Positions 57,282 through 64,000 of a stretch of 64,000 nt of DNA are shown one piece after another (the stretch's first letter is position 1; each line of letters opens with the position of its first letter). This DNA comes from a virus. The notes under the pieces were generated by a model. The model was not told the origin of the DNA. It made no database searches and saw nothing but the letters and a program-made list of their open reading frames with translations. Made by a program: the position numbers and the translations under genes. The stretch lies in the UHGV virus genome UHGV-1351982; one strand, given 5' to 3'.

Positions 57282-57817
57282 AGCAATTTCCAGAAATGTG
57301 TTTTCAAAAAATGTTGTCTAGAAATAACCGCCCTCCCCATAACCGCCCTGTATTAACCGCCTATTGCTGGAGTTTCTAGGAACATGAAAACCGCCTGAGT
57401 TAATGGGAGTTTTCCTAGAAACTTAGGAGTCTAGAAGAAAGTGTTGTGCCATCCTAGCAGATGAGCGGCAACAGGTGTATCATCTTGAACGTTAATTTAT
57501 CTATTTAACAGTATTAGTTTTTATATAAGTATAAGATCCCCAAGGGTTCTCATATAGAGCTTTGCCCCCGCCAGAAGGTCTCGTGATGTTTCTAGTAATC
57601 TTTATTAAATTACTTGTTGACTTGTCCTGTCGCTCCGTAACCTACGCTACAAGTCAGTAATTTAAGATTCCTGAACCACCACACCTTCTGTGTGGCAACT
57701 CTAAATGGTTAATTCTATTAACTCATAGAGTTATGATAACATACATTTAGCTATCTGTCAACGAGAGTTTGTATCTGAGTCTCGGTACAGGTATTGTGCA
57801 CCGAGACATGCAGGATC

Positions 57818-58705
57818 TTACAGTAACTCTTGGTATGCTTTTTGGTACGCCTCAGTGTTAGTAGGTGTATCTTTTGCAATAGTTATTAATTCATCTGTGA
57901 TCTGAATATTCGTATTATAACGTGAGTGGAACTCGTCAGGAATTTCTAGATACCTATTGATGAATGCTGCAGCAAGCGGTGAAGCTATACCCATTTCTAG
58001 AACCCATCCAACTTGTTTCTCAAACTTCAAATAAGGAGATTCTGTTTGAATAGTAGAAGTTTTGGTTTCCTTGATTTCTTTTATTGGTAGGATTGGATTT
58101 TCATAACGTGCTTCTTCAGGGATAGCAGATCTACGTTCTTTATAAATATAAGTCTCTAGATCCGATGCTTTAGACCCTGAATATACTGCAAAGACACTTG
58201 CTTTACCTTGTGATGCTCTAATTGGTAAATAGCAATTTGGATAACTTCTCAATGCATCGTGGAAAGGGCTTCCAGAATATTGATAACGCTCTCCATATAA
58301 ATCATCAATGTTCATTCGTTCATCTTCGAAGATATGGAATGCACTAAATGAAGGTAGTGTGAAATATTCTGTTTCTAGCGCGCGAATTAAGAATCGATGA
58401 GCATATGCACTAATCTTAATAACTGTGTAGGGTTTTTCTCCTTCTTTGAGAGCGTTACCCTTAGATGTAACTTGATAACGTTTTCCGAAGAACTCTACTA
58501 AACGCTTCTCGTTTAAAGAGAGTGTAGAGTATAAACGTCCGTTCAGTCCTAGCAAGGTATCAAACATAAATGCTAGCTTATCTTTTTCTTCTTGGGTTAG
58601 TTCAGGAAATGGTAGGATCTTAGCATTTGGAATGTTATTTGTTTCCTTTGCCTTTCCTTTGCCAGCATTTTGTCTCAGTTTGTCTTTAAAATTATAAGTA
58701 CCCAT
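57818..58705 (-). CDS. hypothetical early protein
   Basis: 295 aa ORF; hairpin just downstream of stop. Confidence 0.55.
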   Translation of the reverse strand: MGTYNFKDKLRQNAGKGKAKETNNIPNAKILPFPELTQEEKDKLAFMFDTLLGLNGRLYSTLSLNEKRLVEFFGKRYQVTSKGNALKEGEKPYTVIKISAYAHRFLIRALETEYFTLPSFSAFHIFEDERMNIDDLYGERYQYSGSPFHDALRSYPNCYLPIRASQGKASVFAVYSGSKASDLETYIYKERRSAIPEEARYENPILPIKEIKETKTSTIQTESPYLKFEKQVGWVLEMGIASPLAAAFINRYLEIPDEFHSRYNTNIQITDELITIAKDTPTNTEAYQKAYQELL

Positions 58706-58774
58706 TGTATTTCCTTTTTAAGGTCAGATGACCTGCTTTTTATTTTAAAGCCTCCGTAGAGGCTTTTGTGTTAG

Positions 58775-59020
58775 CTACTTTTTGCGTGGTATTACATCCA
58801 CACATACTAGACCTAGTTGTTTAACAAGATCTGCTAAATAACAATGATGCAAGATTGCTTCTTTTGGTATTTTACTTACTAACTCAATAATAGTGCGTAG
58901 ATCTTGTTGGTTAGCAAAGAAAACATGTCTGATTTCTTCTTTTAAATAAATACCAAACGTATCTGTATTAATAAGTTTTATACTAAAGTCTTCATGTTCA
59001 TAAGAGAGCAGTGTATCCAT
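58775..59020 (-). CDS. hypothetical protein
   Basis: 81 aa ORF in - strand early gene array. Confidence 0.5.
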   Translation of the reverse strand: MDTLLSYEHEDFSIKLINTDTFGIYLKEEIRHVFFANQQDLRTIIELVSKIPKEAILHHCYLADLVKQLGLVCVDVIPRKK

Positions 59021-59682
59021 TAACGACCTCTAGCCTTATCTGCATCAATAGCTTCGAATACTTTCGTTAACATTTCTTCAAGCTCACCTTCTTTGCTAGG
59101 ATTGCTCAAGCGAATAGTATATGAGTTCCTAGAAACTCCGGAGTCCTCGAACTGTTTCTGTGCTATCTCTTGGAACTTCTCGGTAGACCCCGTCCCACCA
59201 TCCGCAATCTTTAGAGCATCAATTTTAGTACCGATTACCATTCCATTAGCTAGAATGGGTTCTCCACTAACTTCACCAAACTTATAAGACTGTGTGCTAT
59301 TTACTACACCACCACACTTAATATTGTGCATATCCAACATTAATCTTTTATCAGAATTATTTAATATCGTGATTGGTCCCGACTGCCACGGATCTCTAAT
59401 AGTTACTGGAGTACTCGGGCGATTCACCTCAGTCTTCACGAGTTTGTATCCAGCGTCGATTAGTGAATTAATCAGATTATCAGCCGGGATGCGAGCTGTG
59501 CCAAAGATCTTACGAGCATTCATGAGTTTAGCCTGAAACTCTTTGCACGCCTGAAGATCAATGTGCAAAAACGACAGTTGCATAGATTTAAATTGTACTG
59601 TAGCAGTCAGATCTTTAAAGCTATAATCCCACGTGTCGAGTTCGTGATCTGCAACTACTTTAATGGTTTGTTGTGTAAACAT
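59020..59682 (-). CDS. hypothetical protein
   Basis: 220 aa ORF; start overlaps upstream stop. Confidence 0.55.
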   Translation of the reverse strand: MFTQQTIKVVADHELDTWDYSFKDLTATVQFKSMQLSFLHIDLQACKEFQAKLMNARKIFGTARIPADNLINSLIDAGYKLVKTEVNRPSTPVTIRDPWQSGPITILNNSDKRLMLDMHNIKCGGVVNSTQSYKFGEVSGEPILANGMVIGTKIDALKIADGGTGSTEKFQEIAQKQFEDSGVSRNSYTIRLSNPSKEGELEEMLTKVFEAIDADKARGR

Positions 59683-59867
59683 TATCTATTCTCCAGTTTA
59701 TCTAACAGCTTACGAGCTGCGATATTATGTTGTTTAATTTCTCGGTTAAGAATCTCATTCTCACTATTTAATTCTAGATTCTTAACATTAAGACGACTGC
59801 ATATAATTATCAAGCCTAGAATAGTTAAGAGTGAGCCGCCTAGTAGTACAAGAAGTAGTGTTTCCAT
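59682..59867 (-). CDS. small membrane protein
   Basis: 61 aa; N-terminal TM helix, coiled C-terminus. Confidence 0.45.
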   Translation of the reverse strand: METLLLVLLGGSLLTILGLIIICSRLNVKNLELNSENEILNREIKQHNIAARKLLDKLENR

Positions 59868-59868
59868 A

Positions 59869-60153
59869 TTAACCCCAGATTAGCATCCAACTTTTATCAA
59901 AGGTGGCTGCTCTATTAATTACTTCACGCATAGAGATACTATTATCTTCTACAGCTTCTATTACAAACTCATGCCCAAAAGAGTCTAGCAGATATTCTTT
60001 ACCATCAATCTTTACCTTAAATAGGGTAGGAACTAACGGATGATTATTTGGGTAAGGATTTGTACCTATAAAGACTTCATGCCTCCCCCACGTCGTCTTG
60101 AATAGTTTGTGGGAGAGTAGAGCTAAGGGGTTTGACCAGACTACGTACTCCAT
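59869..60153 (-). CDS. hypothetical protein
   Basis: 94 aa ORF; overlaps upstream gene by ~77 nt. Confidence 0.45.
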   Translation of the reverse strand: MEYVVWSNPLALLSHKLFKTTWGRHEVFIGTNPYPNNHPLVPTLFKVKIDGKEYLLDSFGHEFVIEAVEDNSISMREVINRAATFDKSWMLIWG

Positions 60154-60619
60154 CTTTCTTTAACTCCTGTTTTAACTTTTGATCTTTATTATACCAAATT
60201 ATGTGCTCACCGTCAACTACAAATTTGTGGAAAGATGCTGGTACGGTGTACACTCCATATTCTGTTAAGCGTGTCACAACTTTATGGGCGCATAATCGGC
60301 AACCGTGTCCTTCTAAGTGAGACCGTGCAGTTTGCAAGAAGTAACCATCGTGATCTGGACAATAGATTTCAACTTGCTGTTGCATCGTTCTATACTTAAC
60401 TCTTTCATACCCAAAGAACTTACCATGTGCTTCTACAGCTCTTCTAATAAAGATTAGATTAAGTGCATCTTGCTGAAAGTCTGGATGAAGTTGTTTGAGT
60501 TTAGTTCTATTAATAGATCCATCTGACTTAGTGAATCTATTTATAGGGAATTGTAGTGCTTCCTCATACAGTAATTCGTTTATTTTATCACGCATAGTAT
60601 ACACGAAAGGCCAGAACAA
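60077..60619 (-). CDS. hypothetical protein with Cys/His cluster (possible zinc-binding)
   Basis: 180 aa; CPDHDGY...HLEGHGCRLCAH cluster. Confidence 0.5.
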   Translation of the reverse strand: MFWPFVYTMRDKINELLYEEALQFPINRFTKSDGSINRTKLKQLHPDFQQDALNLIFIRRAVEAHGKFFGYERVKYRTMQQQVEIYCPDHDGYFLQTARSHLEGHGCRLCAHKVVTRLTEYGVYTVPASFHKFVVDGEHIIWYNKDQKLKQELKKDGVRSLVKPLSSTLPQTIQDDVGEA

Positions 60620-60639
60620 TTAAGTTCTGGCCTCTAGGA

Positions 60640-61023
60640 TTAGTGAAGTTGCTTGCCGTTTAAGGCCATATCAGCAGTTTCCAGAAGAGATTCGGTAATC
60701 TCACGAGAAACTAGATATTCATCAATTGAATGGCGGCGTTTATAGGCATAAGCATTAACAATCAGATCTAGAGCACCGAGAACATCATGAACAGTTACTT
60801 CTTCATCATTATCTAGCTCTTCTTGGGTGATCTCAATTAATTGGCCCACTGCCATTAAAAGCCCAAGAATATCTGCTGTTTCACCTGCCACCAGCGGATT
60901 AGCACATCCTACTGTAAGATCGAAAGCATGATTGACAATTGACTGTCCATCAACGCTTCCTTCTTCAATCTGCTTCTCCAACTGCTTCATCTGCTCTAGC
61001 ACTGGATTTTTCTTTTGTGTCAT
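60640..61023 (-). CDS. hypothetical acidic protein
   Basis: Track ORF 60640-61089; ATG at 61023 preceded by AGGAAA; overlaps the 3' end of the upstream gene. Confidence 0.45.
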   Translation of the reverse strand: MTQKKNPVLEQMKQLEKQIEEGSVDGQSIVNHAFDLTVGCANPLVAGETADILGLLMAVGQLIEITQEELDNDEEVTVHDVLGALDLIVNAYAYKRRHSIDEYLVSREITESLLETADMALNGKQLH

Positions 61024-61432
61024 GGTAAAGATTTCCTGTATCAGTTGGAAGGAATGCCGATTGTGCCTTCGGCGGATGTTGTTTAGCAATCCAGTTGAGG
61101 ATCAGTACACGGCTAGGAACGATATCGGTATTATACCAGAAGTCATGAACCCAATGTCGTGCATCTTCGAACTTACCGAACTTATATGCTTTCTTAAACA
61201 GTTCAAAACCAAAACAGTCAGGTGCAAAATCTACATCACGATAAGGAATTACCTTAGAACCAGTGAGATCTTGAATCGCTGCGTTAATCTCTGTATGCGA
61301 GAACTTCGTTTCATGGAAAGTATTAAAGAAGCGGTAATTAAAACGTCCGTTCGTTTCGACAAACAACTGGATGAATAAATCATTAAATTGGCTATCAAAC
61401 CAGTAATTCTGTAATCTTTGCAGTGCTGTCAT
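60965..61432 (-). CDS. hypothetical protein
   Basis: 155 aa ORF. Confidence 0.5.
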   Translation of the reverse strand: MTALQRLQNYWFDSQFNDLFIQLFVETNGRFNYRFFNTFHETKFSHTEINAAIQDLTGSKVIPYRDVDFAPDCFGFELFKKAYKFGKFEDARHWVHDFWYNTDIVPSRVLILNWIAKQHPPKAQSAFLPTDTGNLYHDTKEKSSARADEAVGEAD

Positions 61433-61629
61433 TTACGAACTCCATTTATTGCTGCGATAACGCCTTCATACATGAAAGGAAGAACTTGTGAAATGTGGAA
61501 ATCTTGAACTGTCCAACCAGCTTCTTGGTACATAATGTTAATGATTGCACAACTTAACATAAAGGCTGGTAGAACTATAAAGTAATCCCACGTTGCTTTC
61601 TGCAAGTTAGGGTTATAAAAATTAATCAT
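61429..61629 (-). CDS. hypothetical small protein
   Basis: 66 aa ORF, stop/start overlap with neighbour. Confidence 0.45.
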   Translation of the reverse strand: MINFYNPNLQKATWDYFIVLPAFMLSCAIINIMYQEAGWTVQDFHISQVLPFMYEGVIAAINGVRK

Positions 61630-61729
61630 CTATTTTTAAGTCTCCGTATTACTTTGGCCTGCTCAACGATTATGAAAACGGCAACCACTAAACCGAAGAT
61701 TAGGATTGCCGTAATAGTTGTTAAATCAA

Positions 61730-62062
61730 TCAAGGCAGACGCCAAACGTAATGGGCTGTCCAAAGTGTTTCTGGTTCATCGTCATGATGCATCACTAGGG
61801 ACTCTGGAGAATAACTATTAGCCAGTTCTTTACGAACCATTTCACGTTCTTCACCAGTTTCAATATTTTTAACAATCACTTTCATATTAAGAGGAGTTAA
61901 CTCAGAAAGCGGTCGCCATAAGTCTTCCAGATCTGTTTTAGTTTTATTCTGGATGGATTGCAGTACTTCTAGTGTCTGAGGGTCTACGTTAATAAACCCA
62001 CATTCAGTAACAAAACCTAGAAACTCGTCCAGCAGGGTTAGTTCACTAAAATTAAGCTTCAT
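61730..62062 (-). CDS. hypothetical protein
   Basis: 110 aa ORF. Confidence 0.5.
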   Translation of the reverse strand: MKLNFSELTLLDEFLGFVTECGFINVDPQTLEVLQSIQNKTKTDLEDLWRPLSELTPLNMKVIVKNIETGEEREMVRKELANSYSPESLVMHHDDEPETLWTAHYVWRLP

Positions 62063-62297
62063 CTTTCAGGATATCCTCGATCATGTCAGAAGATTGCTGT
62101 AGTTCGTCTACAATGCGTCTAACGTCAGTTTTTGTTACTTTACCGGCCAACATCGTGAATAGCATAGCAACGATGATGATAGGAACCGGCAGAACAAACA
62201 GTGCTACTTTACCAACGTTCTTCGGAGTCCAGGTGTGATACTTAGTAACCAGAACACCAACAATAACCAGATAAAAAGCTAAGATAATTAACATCAT
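62052..62297 (-). CDS. small membrane protein with two TM helices (holin-like topology)
   Basis: 81 aa; two hydrophobic segments and a charged C-terminus. Confidence 0.45.
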   Translation of the reverse strand: MMLIILAFYLVIVGVLVTKYHTWTPKNVGKVALFVLPVPIIIVAMLFTMLAGKVTKTDVRRIVDELQQSSDMIEDILKDEA

Positions 62298-62575
62298 TTC
62301 TTAATCTCCGTGATTACCTGAGCGCGCAGGACTTTAATAGGAAGTTTAGTGTTACCAACAAGAGTTTCAATATTCGTTAGCTTTTCTTTAAGGAGATCTG
62401 AGCGTCTTTGCGTGTCCTCGATATCTTTTTCAGCAGCTATATATTTTTCCCAAAGCGCATTGTTGGTGGCCTTCATTGCTTCCATATTTTTATTAGCATT
62501 AAGAATGCCAATGATTCCACCAATTGCTGCTAAAGTAGTGAGAACCAGCAATCCAATTAAAATTTCTGTAATCAT
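62294..62575 (-). CDS. small membrane protein (single TM plus coiled coil)
   Basis: 93 aa; N-terminal TM helix (LIGLLVLTTLAAIGGIIGIL). Confidence 0.45.
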   Translation of the reverse strand: MITEILIGLLVLTTLAAIGGIIGILNANKNMEAMKATNNALWEKYIAAEKDIEDTQRRSDLLKEKLTNIETLVGNTKLPIKVLRAQVITEIKK

Positions 62576-62970
62576 TTAAATACTCCGTTGCCACATTCAA
62601 TATATGGGCTTATAGTTCTATAAAACGTGATTTTTTCTAAAGATTGGTCTATTGATTTACAAAATCTTTTGGCCTCTTCAATTTGATGCTTTATTTCTTC
62701 CAAGTCTTTCATAACGTGTGCATCTTTTACTTCAGCACCGGAATATTTTGAGAGAGCTATATCAAACTCTGCTTGATTAAGCACAAGGTTTGCTTCTGCG
62801 AGCATTTTATTACGTTTTGCTTGTTCTTTGATTTCCGGGCTAATGTACACTTGTTCAAGAGCTTCTTTCTTCTCATGCTGATTAAGCATGAAGTCACTAA
62901 CACCGAGTGTGATAGCTAGAGAGACTAGGGCATTCAGCCCTAGTACAAGTAAGAATTTTCCATTAGTCAT
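62572..62970 (-). CDS. membrane-anchored / secreted protein
   Basis: 132 aa; N-terminal hydrophobic signal-like segment. Confidence 0.45.
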   Translation of the reverse strand: MTNGKFLLVLGLNALVSLAITLGVSDFMLNQHEKKEALEQVYISPEIKEQAKRNKMLAEANLVLNQAEFDIALSKYSGAEVKDAHVMKDLEEIKHQIEEAKRFCKSIDQSLEKITFYRTISPYIECGNGVFK

Positions 62971-63221
62971 TATTTCTTACCTTTCAGTTGCTTAACTTCA
63001 CGCTCAAAGGATGCTGCACGACGTTCGGCAGTTGCCTGATGCTCTTTCGCAAAACGTGCTTCCTGTTTTGTTAGGTTGAATGCCATAGCATTCTTGTTCA
63101 GAGAATCATACATTTTTTTCATTGCCGGAATAGACATCTTCATGAGCTGACCTTCAAAACCCTGCATATCGAGGAGAATTGCCAGAACGTTAGCCATTTC
63201 AGTTTTAGTCATGTTTTCCAT
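62970..63221 (-). CDS. hypothetical protein
   Basis: 83 aa ORF; overlapping stop/start. Confidence 0.45.
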   Translation of the reverse strand: MENMTKTEMANVLAILLDMQGFEGQLMKMSIPAMKKMYDSLNKNAMAFNLTKQEARFAKEHQATAERRAASFEREVKQLKGKK

Positions 63222-63301
63222 TAGAATTTCCTCTCTCTCATTAATTTATGAACTTATTATACAGAATTTTAAAGCTAAAAGCAACTGAATTTTTTATTTA
63301 C

Positions 63302-63733
63302 TTACCAATCGTTAACGAAACCTGAGAACTCAGAAGCAAATACTAGCTCAAATTTCTCAGCAATTTCAGGATGATCTTTACAGATCAGTTCGATACACTT
63401 CTCAGGTTCCATACCATCTTCTTCGGGGTCACCATAATACTTGTCCCAAAGATCGTCAGGAATAACTTGCTCAGCTAGATCTTGGAAGTTCACTAACTGA
63501 TAGCGTGGAGTATCCTCATTAATAAAGATCTCATGCAATTCCTCAGATACTTCTCCTTTATAATCGGAAATTAGCAGAGCATTGCAAGCAAAACATTCCC
63601 ACATCATCAAACGCTCAGAAATCGGGTTAGATTTGTCTTGAACATAGGACTGAAAGACTGCCTTAAAAGTAGCTTTAACTTGCTCAAACTTATCTGCTGT
63701 TGCGATTAAAAGTGCTTTATCAATCTTTTGCAT
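63302..63733 (-). CDS. hypothetical acidic protein
   Basis: 143 aa ORF with a conserved early-type promoter upstream on the - strand. Confidence 0.5.
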   Translation of the reverse strand: MQKIDKALLIATADKFEQVKATFKAVFQSYVQDKSNPISERLMMWECFACNALLISDYKGEVSEELHEIFINEDTPRYQLVNFQDLAEQVIPDDLWDKYYGDPEEDGMEPEKCIELICKDHPEIAEKFELVFASEFSGFVNDW

Positions 63734-63754
63734 TTTGATTCCTTCTCATCAATT

Positions 63755-63795
63755 TATAAAGTATATATACAGAAAACTAAGCGTTTTAGCAAATG
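63755..63795 (-). promoter_or_regulatory. sigma70-type early promoter on the - strand
   Basis: Reverse complement reads TTGCTA-17 bp-TATATAT then CTTTATAAATTGATGAGAAGGA before the ATG of gene 63302-63733. Confidence 0.5.
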
Positions 63796-63807
63796 AAGTT
63801 TTAAAAT

Positions 63808-63832
63808 AAAAGGCCTAAGCCTAGGCCTGTAA
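63808..63832 (-). terminator. putative intrinsic terminator (- strand)
   Basis: Palindromic GGCCTAAGCCTAGGCC hairpin with T-rich tract on the - strand side. Confidence 0.4.
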
Positions 63833-64000
63833 AGAAAGAGATAAGGACTACTATCCCTATTGCTATAAATAGCTCACGAGCCATTCCATCAAAATCAAAC
63901 ATCATATACTCCCATCGCTAAATCTCCAGCATCAATTTCAGATACCACACCAGTTACAGGATCAACAATTTTATTCCACGTCTGAAACTTGCCAGATACA

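Larger units (their letters stand above)
46300..57500. other. putative pre-early (first-step-transfer / terminal-repeat-equivalent) region
   Basis: Holds dmp, A1 and A2 homologues plus the repeat-rich non-coding stretch; noticeably more GC-rich (frequent CGCGGG) than flanking modules; exact boundaries cannot be set from one copy. Confidence 0.45.

Noticed and set aside
56480-57300. Possible CRISPR array in the repeat-rich non-coding region
   Set aside because: Repeat units are short (13 bp) or degenerate (~30 bp), spacing is irregular (25-270 bp), no spacer regularity and no cas genes nearby; better explained as iteron-like protein-binding sites.
57480-57820. Possible tRNA genes in the non-coding stretch before the - strand early genes
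   Set aside because: No cloverleaf-compatible segment with a T-loop GTTC(R)ANNC motif or conserved D-loop could be found by eye; only a simple hairpin (about 57780-57810) just downstream of the adjacent gene. A tRNAscan run would be decisive.
1-64000. Integrase, repressor or attachment-site evidence for a temperate element
   Set aside because: No tyrosine or serine recombinase, CI-like repressor or host-gene flanks seen; gene content is that of a virulent T5-like phage.

Overview
This window reads as a contiguous segment of a T5-like virulent siphophage genome (Demerecviridae / Tequintavirus type). All calls rest on the supplied ORF track, motifs read by eye, gene order and protein sizes recalled for coliphage T5; no database search was run. 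Layout: (1) 1-21.97 kb, + strand early replication module: origin-binding-type ATPase, split NAD-dependent ligase, DnaB-like helicase, DnaG-like primase, family-A DNA polymerase, D10 helicase, SbcD/SbcC-like D12/D13, D15 flap endonuclease, dUTPase, served by a near-identical family of sigma70-type promoters. (2) 22.0-45.9 kb, - strand late module: small terminase, large terminase, HNH endonuclease, portal, decoration protein, prohead protease, major capsid protein, neck proteins, tail tube, tape measure, pb9/pb3/pb4-like baseplate proteins, a short tail fiber, and a pb5-like receptor-binding protein. (3) 45.9-47.3 kb: an Llp-like lipoprotein gene divergent from the receptor-binding gene, then four overlapping genes for small membrane proteins. 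(4) 47.4-57.5 kb: a GC-richer pre-early host-takeover region (dmp, A1, A2 homologues on the - strand) plus a six-gene + strand cassette bracketed by inverted modules of DnaA boxes and a LexA-type palindrome, and an 0.8 kb non-coding iteron field. (5) 57.8-63.9 kb: - strand early genes of unknown function. No tRNA, rRNA or CRISPR array was recognised. The best candidate for an undescribed system is the bracketed pre-early cassette (53.26-56.21 kb), which includes a strongly acidic candidate DNA-mimic protein, together with the adjacent iteron field.
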